Origin: Haliotis cracherodii
Taxonomy: Eukaryota
Assembly: GCF_022045235.1 (NCBI RefSeq)
Contig: NW_027266330.1
Coordinates: 40,486,001-40,550,000 of the forward strand
Length of the DNA stretch: 64,000 nt
Direction: 5' to 3'
A model generated the notes under the pieces. That model was not told the DNA's origin. It did not search any database and saw only the letters and a list, made by a program, of their open reading frames with translations. A program made the position numbers and the translations under genes. Below, one piece after another: positions 12,496-24,838 of the stretch. Every line of letters begins with the position of its first letter. Within the stretch, counting starts at the first letter, position 1.

Positions 12496-13419
12496 TTTTA
12501 CATTGTTTGCAAATTCTCCCTCCCTTAAATTCTCCAAGTTTCCAACTAAGTGCAGTATTACTCCAGAGTACATGTTGATATCAGTATCTGTTTAGTATAT
12601 TTTTGACTATATATTCTATATTCACATTTCTTTTTGTCCCTGTAGGACACTTTTTAGAATAAACGCTTGAGAATATGGGTAGTCTCTCATATTTGTTCAT
12701 TTCACACTGAGAATGAATTACGCATTCGGAATATGCTCTCACACATACGCGGGACAGTAGATCGGACCTCACGTGAAGTGAACTATATCCACGTGACCTA
12801 TAATGTCGACATGGTGTGTGTCACGTGTGGTGAACTGAAGAGCGGAAGGATATCACATCCGGCTGAGAACTGAGGTTCGAAAGTTGACCCGCATTTGTTG
12901 TTTCACGCATCTATATATAGGTCCGTGGTAGTATAATACCATGTTGCCGATATATTTAAACTGAAGTCTACACGAGATGAAGGAATGAATCTTATTTTAT
13001 TTCCTTATTCACCATCTTACTTTCACTGACACTTTAGGGCGTGGTAGACCAAGCAGGAGTGGCAAGTCTAAGTGTCACATAGAAATGTATGTGACAACAT
13101 AACACACCAAGGAACAAAATGGCCCCTACTAATAATAAGTATGTAGATGTCTGATACTGAAACTTTGCCTGCGTGGAACCAGAAAGGAGGTTTCAAAATA
13201 TACGACTCAAAGTTTGCTTGGGATCACCACTTAAAAAGGTAGACATGTTGAATTAAGAAAAGTCCGTTGTCATTTGCCACACAATGCCAATAAACAACAT
13301 ATGACCTATAATCATTCAGATAGTCCGTCAAAATGAGCGTATCTGACAAAAACTAAAATAAATATCCCACGAAGACAAATTCATTGTCCAAAATACAACT
13401 CTGTGATCCGGACAGTGGT

Positions 13420-14125
13420 CTCCCCGTTCTTAGTGAGGTCGTTCGTTATCGTCCATGATGCATTCGGCCTCGCGTACACGTCCAGGTGTCATCCCTGTAG
13501 CGCACACACCTGTGATCGTGCCCTGCTTGGAGATCGGTTCTTTCAGTTCTCCTGATCCCACCCCAAATGATAATTAAGCCCACTTTATAGCGGCCATGTT
13601 CGGCAACGTTTGAATTCGGAAATCTTTCTCTTCGTCTACGGCACACTCGGGCACGACGATCTTTTTAAGTCTAGACAGTATTTCGATTCATCATTGAAAA
13701 GTACTTAAGCCCAATCCTGTTCTGTCTAATTGACATGATCTTCAGTCCAATCCAGACGTGCCTGCCTCTCCGATCAGTGGAGTTGGAATGCACGCCCTCC
13801 GTAACCAGAGACTCACCTCAAGGAGTCGATTACTCACTGTCTGAGTAGAAACGTTAATACCATCTGCGTTGGACAGGTCATTTCTTAGCGTGGTGGCAGT
13901 CACGGAATGATGACAGCTTGCTGCCGTGAGGGGAAACCTGTCTTCCCGCTGTGTTTTGGAATGCTGTCGACCACCTGCATGTCATTGGAGAGCTGTCCTG
14001 AACGTCTGGTATCGATTCCATGCCCTGCTGATCAAACTTTGGCTGACGTTGGCAATTTTGACCCAGTTACAAGCATACCTACACATCTGCCTAATTCTTC
14101 GGTCGTCAAACGAAGGAGGCACAGT
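13420..14125 (-). pseudogene. Tc1/mariner transposase relic 1
   Basis: Frameshifted pieces RLTTEELGRCVGML, NVSQSLISRAWNRYQ and TQREDRF (HTH region), then RRRRERF..NVAEHGRY..G.IIIWGGI..TERTDL, RYRD and MDDNERPH. Confidence 0.85.
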
Positions 14126-14949
14126 TGCATTCAGTTGTAGCAATCATAAATAGCAAATGTTGTTGTGCTCTCTGACAGTGATGTACAACGATTCTGTCAC
14201 GATCCATCGAGCACCTCGTGCACACCATGCCCATGGCTGTTACCTTTGTCCGTTTGTTCTTTAGGGGTTACCCATTCATTGTTTACCGGGACATTTTGAG
14301 CTCTTCTGAGATCGTCAAAACTTGAACCATTGCAAACTTTAAGTTGTATGGTCCTATCCATCACAGCAACCATATCAACAACGTCATTTTGACCACTACT
14401 GCACGTAAATGTTTTAGTATATTGCAAGTATGTACATGTGCGCTCACCTCTGTACATATAGGGTTTGGTATGCATGTGGATGTGCAGTGTTCGTTATTGT
14501 TCTGCTTCACGGCCGTGCACCTGCTCCACCGTGATACCGCTCTAGTTATGGCATCTCTTCCGATAGTACTGGCATCCATAGAGGTTAAATCTTTGCTTAC
14601 GTTACTAAATCCGACATAAAAAATGCTTAGCCAATACTGTAAGCATTCAAAACCTCGTGTTCAGAGTGTGTCTGGCAACAACAATGCTGTCGTAGTCCTA
14701 CTATAACCAATAGCTATCTCGTGTTCTCACAAGTCAGCGAACTTGACAACCCGAAGGTCAACTCTAACCCGGAAACTTCACGGGACTCAGAACAAGTGAG
14801 GCAACAGAGATTATTTTTGATATAAATGAAAGAAAGTACGAATTCCCTGGTGTGGGATAAATATTTTATTGCACCTGAACAGCTAAAATTCCGTGTCAAC
14901 ATGACTGTTCTCAGAATACTGTCAACATTACATGTTATCAAAGTCTCTC

Positions 14950-15560
14950 GGGGTCAAAATGAAGATGTTGCTTACCAACCAACGGGCAGGCTGTTTCAGA
15001 TGATACGTCTCGCTTGTTGGTTCCAGAGCTTAGTTGGCGCCGCGGCGGGCGAATATGTAGGTCACTCCATCTGTGTGACATTGTTCAGTCCGAAGAAGTC
15101 AGTGACGACGCGGGGATAATGGGATCTATCATTGTGTCTTGCAAAACAGCTCTTGGTCCAATCTTTCCGAGACAGCGAAGCACGAATGATCAGAGAATTA
15201 CCATTGATCACACAGAAAGGAGGCCTGTGCCAGAACGAAACTCCACCCACACAATAATACTACCACCAACAAACTGATTTTGTTCCCGTACGTTGACATC
15301 AGCAAAGAGTTCACGGCTGAGTCTGTTCACCAGGGTGCGACCATCATACTGCCGTGAAAACTGTTACTCGTCTGAGAACAGAACTTTTCACCACTGACAA
15401 CACTGTCCAGTTACCATGATGCCATGCCCAAGCCTATCTTTGCAGCTCTTTGACGTCGCATCAAAACAGGTCCTACTGCTTGAGGTGTCAAGGACGGTGA
15501 TTCCCTCGAAAGTCAGATATCGTCGAGGCAAGTTGTGAAACTGCTCAATGTTTCACGATG
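14950..15560 (-). pseudogene. Tc1/mariner transposase relic 2 (DDE region)
   Basis: AVGPVL, KVLFSDE, GGSIIVW/GGVS, HND.SHYPRVVTDFF..NNVTQME*PTYSP (degenerate WP..SPDL motif). Confidence 0.8.
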
Positions 15561-15926
15561 GATGCTCTTTTATGGGACCGCCTCCGTGGGTCCGTGGGCA
15601 TGGTGCGGACACATCACTATAGGTGCGTCCGGTATCAGATCAAATCACATGATCAGCGGCGCCACTAAGGGGCGAACATGTCCTCTCCCCAAAAAGTAGG
15701 AAATCATGAAATATAAATGATATGATTACCTTTGAACAATGACTGCCACAGACAGAACGGTTTCGGAACCAATACCTAACACCCAAACACACTTGAAACA
15801 TTGCACGGTGATCAAGCAATTCCTCCGTGCAAGTGGGTAGGGGGTCATTCTCGATTTGGACACTTCAGTGAAAGGTCGTCATTTTCATTATCCACTGCAA
15901 CACGTTAGCTCGCTTCTCTTGCTGTA

Positions 15927-16420
15927 ATGCCGTATTTGTCATGTATAATGTGATGAACGTGTAAGGGCAGTGGGCATGTTTCAAACTGGTAGAACTCAGC
16001 GAGAGGTAGCCAAAATGTTTAATGTGTCTCAGTCTGTGATTTGCAGACTTTTGAACAGGTTTCTGCAGAAATGTTAATGATCGGCCCGGACAAGGCGCCC
16101 TAGGTCTGAAACCCTTGCTCAGGATCGATTAATCAGAAAGCCGGCTTTAAGAAATAGAGTTGTACACTTGCCCCAGGCTTCCGGTATCCAAGAAACTGAG
16201 GAAACGATTACAAATAGTCTGCATGCTGCTAATCTGGATGGTCGGTGACCACGTGTTGTACCCCGTCAACAAATCGACACATTATAATAAGGCACCAATG
16301 GTCATAGGTCTCGCTTTGTTGTCAGATGAGGCCAGACTCATCCTTAACTTACTGGAGTCGTCCAAACGAACATCTCAAACGTTCAAGTTTTGACTGCACA
16401 CAAGTGTTCGATTGCTGGCA
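15927..16420 (+). pseudogene. Tc1/mariner transposase relic 3 (N-terminal HTH), truncated at a minisatellite
   Basis: RAVGMFQTGRTQREVAKMFNVSQSVICRLLNRF...VNDRP..., TLAQDRLI and a degenerate LSDEAR first-D motif. Confidence 0.8.
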
Positions 16421-16424
16421 CACT

Positions 16425-17595
16425 TACAGTACACAGCTAACATGTTCTGTTGATCGCCATGTTACACCCTGTCCTTACAGTACACAGCTAACATGGTCTG
16501 TTGATCGCCATTTTACACCTTGTCCTTACAGTACACAGATAACATGTTCTGTTGATCGCCATGTTACACCTTGTCCTCACAGTACACAGCTAACATGGTC
16601 TGTTGATCGCCATGTTTCACCTTGTCCTTCCAGTACACAGCTAACATGGTCTGTTGATCGCCATGTTACACCTTGTCCTCACAGTACACAGCTAACATGG
16701 TCTGTAGATCGCCATGTTACACCTTGTCCTCACAGTACACAGCTAACATGTTCTGTAGATCGGTATGTTACACCTTGTCCTTACAGTACACAGCTAACAT
16801 GTTCTGTAGATCGGTATGTTACACCTTGTCCTTACAGTACACAGCTAACATGTTCTGTTGATCGCCATGTTACACCTCGTCCTTACAGTACACAGCTAAC
16901 ATGTTCTGTTGATCGCCATGTTACACCCTGTCCTTACAGTACACAGCTAACATGGTCTGTTGATCGCCATGTTACACCTTGTCCTTACAGTGCACAGCTA
17001 ACATGGTCTGTAGATCGCCATGTTACACCTTGTCCTCACAGTACACAGCTAACATGTTCTGTAGATCGGTATGTTACACCTTGTCCTTACAGTACACAGC
17101 TAACATGTTCTGTTGATCGCCATGTTACACCTTGTCCTCACAGTACACAGCTAACATGGTCTGTTGATCGGTATGTTACACCTTGTCCTTCCAGTACACA
17201 GCTAACATGGTCTGTTGATCGCCATGTTACACCTTGTCCTTCCAGTACACAGCTAACATGGTCTGTTGATCGCCATGTTTCACCTTGTCCTTCCAGTACA
17301 CAGCTAACATGGTCTGTTGATCGCCATGTTACACCTTGTCCTTACAGTACACAGCTAACATGGTCTGTAGATCGCCATGTTACACCTTGTCCTCACAGTA
17401 CACAGCTAACATGGTCTGTTGATCGGTATGTTACACCTTGTCCTTACAGTACACAGCTAACATGTTCTGTTGATCGGTATGTTACACCTTGTCCTTACAG
17501 TACACAGCTAACATGTTCTGTTGATCGCCATGTTACACCTGTCCTTCCAGTACACAGCTAACATGGTCTGTTGATCGCCATGTTACACCTTGTCC
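16425..17595. repeat. 51-bp minisatellite, ~23 copies
   Basis: Unit cagtacacagctaacatg(g/t)tctgttgatcgccatgttacaccttgtcctta. Confidence 0.95.
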
Positions 17596-18089
17596 TTTTC
17601 CATTCATTACCATTACCTGTATCTTGCCTCTTTGTATTTCTGTAATCATGATATTTCGCATACTTATTTGGAGCATATTTGCGGCGCCTAAGACGATCAA
17701 GTGCCCCGTGCCCCTCTTACACATGGCTGTTGACATGCACTTGTCGTCAAACAAACACACAATACACCTGTAAATATCAACTTGTTTTATTAATGTCCCA
17801 AATGACAGATAATCTCAAACGAACATGAAGAAAATAGGTATATGTACAGTCACGTATATCCCTGGACACTTATACACGTCACCACCACGCTATGTACAGC
17901 GGAATCGCAGTCACCTCCAAACTACAGCACTACAGCAGCGGCCGTGCCTTGCCTCGGAGCACTTCATCTACACAGCTTAGGACAAACACGTAGACATCGT
18001 TACCCATGTAACGTGACGTGTCTTGTGTGTGACCTTAAGAGGTCATGCTAAAAGGAAGACACCATTCTTTAAGATTGACGCAAACACCA

Positions 18090-18305
18090 TATATATCTCG
18101 GCCACCTGTACATAGTCAAGGTATATCTCGGCCACCTGTACATAGTCAAGGTATATCTCGGCCACCTGTACATAGTCAAGCTCTATCTCGGCCACCTGTA
18201 CATAGTCAAGCTCTATCTCGGCCACCTGTACATAGTCAAGCTCTATCTCGGCCACCTGTACATAGTCAAGCTCTATCTCGGCCACCATAGTACATAGTCA
18301 AGCTA
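18090..18305. repeat. 30-bp minisatellite, ~7 copies
   Basis: Unit tatctcggccacctgtacatagtcaagctc. Confidence 0.93.
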
Positions 18306-18306
18306 T

Positions 18307-18862
18307 CAGTCTTGCATCTTCCCGAGGCAAGAGAGTTAACTGACTATAAAAGTCCAATTTCCACCCTTGCCGAACTAGGCTGGGATTATGGAGTTACATT
18401 TTGACTGGACTAACGAGTTTTTGCATAGTCAAATCAAAATCGCGCAAAGAAATCGAAATCCGGTTCGTAAATTGTCGGGCAGATTTCGGTCGATTGCAGT
18501 ATTTGCAAAGCATGTGCACCGCCAACTCGTTGTCAACAGATATTTTCCAAACCTTTTTTTTATGTTTTTAATAAAGGTGCCCGCGTGATTTGAAGCACTT
18601 CGCGATGTAAGACCCTTTTTATCAGAACATGGATCTGGATTATCGATCAGATCGTCTTGACTGGGCGCCACCGTTCTGTTTGAACCAAATGCAAGTGATG
18701 GAATCTGATTGATCCATAGGAGATGATTAGAAGGAACATATCTCGTAATAACCACTGGTGGCGCTACGATCGAGCCCAGGGATTCGAGCCTCGTTCGGCA
18801 AGGGTGGAAACTGGACTTTAAAAGTCAATTAACTCTCTTGCCTACGGAACATGTCAGTCTAG
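18307..18862. mobile_element. MITE / non-autonomous DNA transposon with ~80-bp terminal inverted repeats
   Basis: Left ...gaggcaagagagttaactgactataaaagtccaatttccacccttgccgaac... is the reverse complement, with a few mismatches, of right ...gttcggcaagggtggaaactggactttaaaagtcaattaactctcttgcctac... Confidence 0.85.
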
Positions 18863-20061
18863 GGAATCAGCGGAACTGTCTGGCGAGGAATTTAGCCGAC
18901 GTGATAACCTTTATGCTTTGACGAGTTGTGGAACATAATTTGTCCCGACATTGAGGCTGGGACATATCATTCTGTCAGAGATACTAATTCATTGGGTGCG
19001 GAAGCATTGGACAAACATCTAATCTCTGAAATGAACGATTTTACAGAACAATTTTGTTGTTGTTGTTAAATTACAGTTACAAAATATAACAAAAGAAGTC
19101 CAGAGACTTCCTTCATCCTCATACTGCACTAACCTAGACTTGCCAAATATCATAGCCTTGCATGGGCTAATTTGGATATATTTGTTTCAGGGTCTGTATG
19201 ACTATCGGAGCATGACAAGCAGCAGCAACGTTTGACACAACAGGTCCACTTTACAACAGTTCAGACCATCAGTGTTAAAGAGAGACGTCTCTGACTGTCA
19301 CTCACTGTCTTAGAAACAACAGCTGCCAGGGAGCCAAGTCTCTCGCCGTACAGTACACTATAGAGGTAGGGAGGCGTTATTGGGACGTATGGCGCCATCT
19401 TTCAATAGGACGTCCCGCGTACTACTGGAAACACGTTCCGGCATGAGACGAATTGGTGTTTTAATTTTATGTCGCCTTTTCAAACACTAACTATACGTAT
19501 GAGCGGGTCAAACTGCACACATGTTACATCCTAAAATAATCGTTTGAAACAAAATACCCGCTATTCATTTGTTTCACCTACTGCAATTTCGGATGTTTTA
19601 ACTGGAACTTCATGAAATACGCCCTTTTTCATTCATGAACACATGCTCTATTTAAGGCTGAGGTCGATGTCAGCTGTATGTTATTGACCGAAACAAAACC
19701 ATTGTCAAATGGCCTTTAGTGTGTGCTGTATGCCCTCGACAGTGTGACACCGGTCTAGGCGGGGTGTCAACCGTTCCACTATCTAAAGTATAAATACAAC
19801 TGATTGGCTATGATATCGTACAATATTATATTTACACGAACTGATAACATGTCATTATAAATAACTGGATAACTCGCGGCTATCGTGCATTGTTTGTGCA
19901 TGACAAAGATAAACTGCACATACCTCTGTCTATTCGTACGTACCAGAAACAAGAAACGGACTGATTACCGACCCTGGATTACCGACCCGTCAAGACAGTC
20001 CTTGTTTTCAGAGGGATGTGTTACACATTATATATATTAACCAAATGCCTGGTGTTGAGAG

Positions 20062-20087
20062 TGGGGGGGGGGGGGGGGGGGGGGGGG
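20062..20087 (+). repeat. Poly-G homopolymer
   Basis: About 25 consecutive G. Confidence 0.9.
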
Positions 20088-22401
20088 CATTAATAACAAT
20101 AACGGAGTTTTATGGAAGTTCATCACTGTTATTAATTAGTTGTGGAGCAGATAGTAACTGTAACTTATCAATGTACTGACACACGGCAGGTATTCAGAAA
20201 ATGTACGATGTTCACTACCACTGCTTTAAATGTCACATGGTCCATTCCGCCCCTTTGATTTACCAACTAGGTGAAGGTCGCGTTTTGGGTGACAGGTTTC
20301 CTTGACTGTTCAGCAAACGCTGTCGAGTAAAGCATCAGACTGGTAGCAGTGTTGTTATCATTTTGTCCACATAAATCTCAATCAACGACAGATTGCAACA
20401 GACTATATAAATATTCATATGAACCAGAATACTATATGAACAACATCATTTGTAAATCGTGATGAATCTCTTGTTGTAGTTCCACACTTTCAAACATACC
20501 TCACAAACGCCAGACCAACACGTTTCTTGTTTTTCCTTTGCCAAATGAAACGAAATATAGGAAATCGTGGCTGAGTGTGCACTTATTTCAGAACCGTACT
20601 TGTTTCATTGAAGGCAACTACACCAAAATGGTCAAACAATCACAGAAAGCGTTCAATGTACTATCCTTATCAGTTGTCTCACCACGAAGTAGTGTCATTT
20701 CAACAACAACCGACCCCTATCACGTTTTGCCAAGGAGATCCTTGACAGAATTGAGTAAATCAGTTAAACAAAAAACAAAATTGGTCTGGTTGAATTTCGT
20801 GACTTGCAGCTGACAATGAAATTGGCAGGTGGAGAGTCACACGAACACACAATGGCATCCCCTGAACCTCGCCCCAAATCCACGCATACATATATATCTA
20901 CATTGAACATCGGCTGAAAGTCCGCAGCCACAGGGCCGGAGACCGGCTTGCATAGTGATTTACGTCATGCCTTCAACACGGCACAAAGAAGAAACGTGTA
21001 TTTTCCATCGAATCTTGAGTAGGCTTAGGAACAAGTAAAGATGTCGCCACTGTAACGGCTTGAGAAACAATTTTGATTGTGCCACTTATATAAATGCAGT
21101 CACGACGGCAGATCCACACAGCACCACGGTGTCAGTTGCAGCCAGCACAACCGGGAGCCTTCCCGTCTCCACGCGCGACACAATCACACTTACAGCAAAC
21201 TTGGAATCTCCCACTCGATTTCTAACTCTCAGCCTTTACCCATGCTAAATAGAACAGTCTATTTGGCAATGGAGGTGCAAGGTGGTGGATGTTAGTTCAT
21301 ACCGAGGTTACCACTGCATGTCTGGAAGGAAGAAAAGCTGGTTAGTTTCAACTGGAATAGGGAGTTAGCGTCTTTCAAGTAAACACGACTTAACAATAAT
21401 TTTCCTGGGGAAGCATACAGTTTTAGGATTATAGTGTCTCCAAAATGAAACTCTTTACATTACTCGTGATGTGTTTTTAACATATGACAGCTCAGGTACA
21501 AACACGGGTGTGCTATTCCGAAAAGCAAACATGAATTTCCGGTAACCGAAATAGGACAGTTTGTATATACGGTGGAGATGTTTCAATACATAATGAATAC
21601 TATATCCCATCTTTATCGGTAGTTTAGTTAGAATAGAGGGAAGTGTATGTGTTATCAGACTAAATGTAGCAGTAAGGGAGACATGCACCCGCCACCCTAA
21701 CAAGCTGACAGGAGGGAGAGAAGGTGTGTGTGCACCTCAGTGCTCGTGGACCTGCAAGCTAGTGTCCTCCTGATGGCTCAATGTCTGCGGCAGATCTTAA
21801 TCTGTCCAACCTATGAACATACTTCAGATGAAGTAGCACGTCCCCTGCATAGTCATCATTCTTCCAGTGAGGCTGTCCATATTTTTTTTCTCTTTCCCAT
21901 CTCCCGAATTTTCATTCCGACGTGAAATGAAAGTTTTCCTATCCGGATATTTCCCACCGCTGTGGAACTTTATGCCTCGATGTGATAAAATTAAATACTT
22001 CTACCATTGCAAACTCAGAAAAACCTGTTCAAGTTGATCTTTCTTAAGCTATATTTATATAAACTTGTTTCCGAAGCAAAGCGACTTGATCTAAGTCATA
22101 ATTAAATTTAAAGTCCGGTACCAAATTTTCTAAGCTTTAAAATGTCATAACATACGTTGCACAATTAGTCAATTGTTTATTTGTTAATTGTAAATTAGTT
22201 TATTTATTTATTTATTTTCGCCTACCCTATTCCCTGCTGGTTGAGTTGGGAGATGAGAAACACAAAAACATATGGATGGCTTAATAACAAAAACAAACGC
22301 GCATGAACCCAGGCCAACTTGAACACAAACAATCATATCATTATCAAGTGTCAACAATAATTCCACATGAAGACAGGAGGTCCCTGGCGTCCAGTACATA
22401 T

Positions 22402-22586
22402 TCACAGATCTCGTGCTACCCACACAACGATGTCGTCTGCCGCCGGCGGAGTCTTCTCCGTGTCCTTGTAATCCTCCTCGTCGTCCATGAGGGGAATCTT
22501 GTGGTCAGTCAGGGGCTTGTTGGCCACAACGCAGCGCTTGATCTTAAACAGCACCATGATGACGGAACTCCACAGCAGACACGCCC
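22402..22586 (-). CDS. SLC16-like terminal coding exon 5
   Basis: Acceptor ttcttcccag|GGGCG. Encodes ACLLWSSVIMVLFKIKR...VARDL*. AATAAA-rich tract on the minus strand near 22175-22216 could be the poly(A) signal. Confidence 0.85.
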
Positions 22587-24795
22587 CTGGGAAGAATATA
22601 GCAAGATGCATGAAGGTCGGGCATATACAGTGGCATACGCCAGTTAGTCATTGACAGAGATATGACGCAGCTTATAAACATACACACGCAATAATCTTAT
22701 AATATGAATTTACTTAACAAGGCAGTGGTACCATTCCTAGTTCAGTGCTCTCATGGATGACCATCGTTATTCGATACTAATAAAGCGTATTCTATATTTT
22801 AAGTTTAAATGAATACGAGTTAACTAGGAATCTTCCGACAAAGATGCTGATAATGACAGTTTGGCTGTGGGTGAAGCGGTGGTGTCGCCGGGTACTGTAC
22901 CTGCTAGGTAGAAGGCGTACTTGTATTCCTTCTCGTGTTGTATCAGCAAACCTGTCGCAGACAAACAATGGTATCAACATAAACAACATGTCAAATCGTT
23001 GTTCAAAAATTGGGTAAGTAGATTTAGTCTTCTAAATTACTGCTTGTTACAGTGGCGACCTACCACGAGTGCTGCTTGTTGCCATGACGGCCAACAACAT
23101 GTACTGCTTGTTGCCATAACGGCCAACAACATGTACTGCTTGTTGCCATGACGGCCAACAACATGTACTGCTTGTTGCCATGACGGCCAACAACATGTAC
23201 TGCTTGTTGCCATGACGGCCAACAACATGTACTGCTTGTTGCCATAACGGCCAACAACATGTACTGCTTGTTGCCATGACGGCCAACAACATGCACTGCT
23301 TGTTACATTGACAGCCTACCACGTGTACTGCTTGACGCCACGTGGACGCCCCACGTATACAGGAAGTGCTTGTTACAATGACGACCAACCATGTATACTG
23401 CTGGTTACCAATCTCGTGCCAGGTTATCGTGTTTTCTAATTCATACCTTCCCTATTTCAGTGCTTACCTATATATAGAGACTGTAAGTGTCATGTCGGTC
23501 TCTGACAGGACAATGCGTGACAGGGTCGATATTTAGAACTTTGCAAGAAAAACTAACAATATTATTACAATATATTTGTACTGTCTGTACTTACATCTAT
23601 GGAAATTAGCTGGGGTGAAAGACATGTGGCAAGAACGCTTCCAGCACAAAATCACCAGTCTACACAAATATAAGCCTCATCTCCACATTAGGTATTGATA
23701 TAAGTCTGAGGGTTCATGATTTCGAAAATCAGACATTGTGGGCCAAAATGCTGTCAATATTCCTGATCCTTTTTGTTCGAGTGTCAAAAATTCGGCATCG
23801 AAAAACGTAAGACATTTTATCGTAAGATCAGTAAAGCTAGCACACCTATCAAAGGATATAACACTGACAGCGGAGCTGTTTCTAATATCTACATAAAACA
23901 TATGTTATCCTCGACCAGGGGTCGTATAGCCACCAAGTCCCATATCGAGACCAGCATAACCGTACCTGCCGCTGGTCCTCCGGTGAGGCAGCCCAAGGCT
24001 ATCATAAAACACAGGTACCCGTTGCCCATAGCAATATACTCCGGGCCGAGAAGCTCCCGGGAAGCTTGAGAGAGGAATGTTGTCCAATATCCACTATAGA
24101 AGCCGAATAGTAACGTGTATCCTATCTGACCCGTGAAGTCTTTGAACAAGAGCGGACAGATGCCAGTGACAACCACGCCAAGTCCAACAGGGCACAGCAC
24201 AGACGTGACGTCATCCAGCGTACTGTTGTGCCCCATAAACGCGAATATCATCCTGCTGGTGAAGCTGGCCATGCCGACACAAGCCACGAGGAACGTGGAG
24301 CTCTCGAAGTCCGTTCCTTGCGATATTGCATAGGATGGCAGGTACATGTAGATGATGGTGGACCCGAAGCTCCAGAAGAGGTTGGCGATGCACATGCCGT
24401 GGAACAGAGGGTTTCGGAGGGGGAGGCAGGACAGGAGTGGCAGGAGGCGTACCTCCTTCTCCCCGGGTAGAGGCTTGAGCAGGGCACCACACACGCACAG
24501 GTTGAGCGACACCCCGCCCAGGAGCAGGAGAGTTCCCCTCCACGCAAACATGTCCAGCATGTGTCTGATGATGATGGGGAAGGTGATGATGCCTGCCCCG
24601 ACCCCACCAACCACAACGCTCAACGCCTGGAACCGCCCATGGATGAAGTAACGCTCTACAGCAACTATAGAGGGTGAACACGCCAGACCGAAGCCAATAC
24701 CTGCAACAAAAAGCGTTACAGTCATAACATCGCATATATGTACCTACATGTACAAAAATGTCGCATAAACGAAAAACATACATGAGAATTCGTCA

Positions 24796-24838
<43 letters not shown>

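Noticed and set aside
16326-17561. 411-aa ORF with a 17-aa Cys-containing repeat
   Set aside because: It is a 51-bp minisatellite read out of a Tc1 relic, with no evidence of codon-level constraint or splice structure.
19350-19795. Possible MITE with tacactataga / tctaaagtata ends
   Set aside because: The inverted similarity is too short and degenerate to support a call.
24133-24783. Overlapping alternative-frame and antisense ORFs
   Set aside because: These are shadows of the GC-rich SLC16 exon 3.
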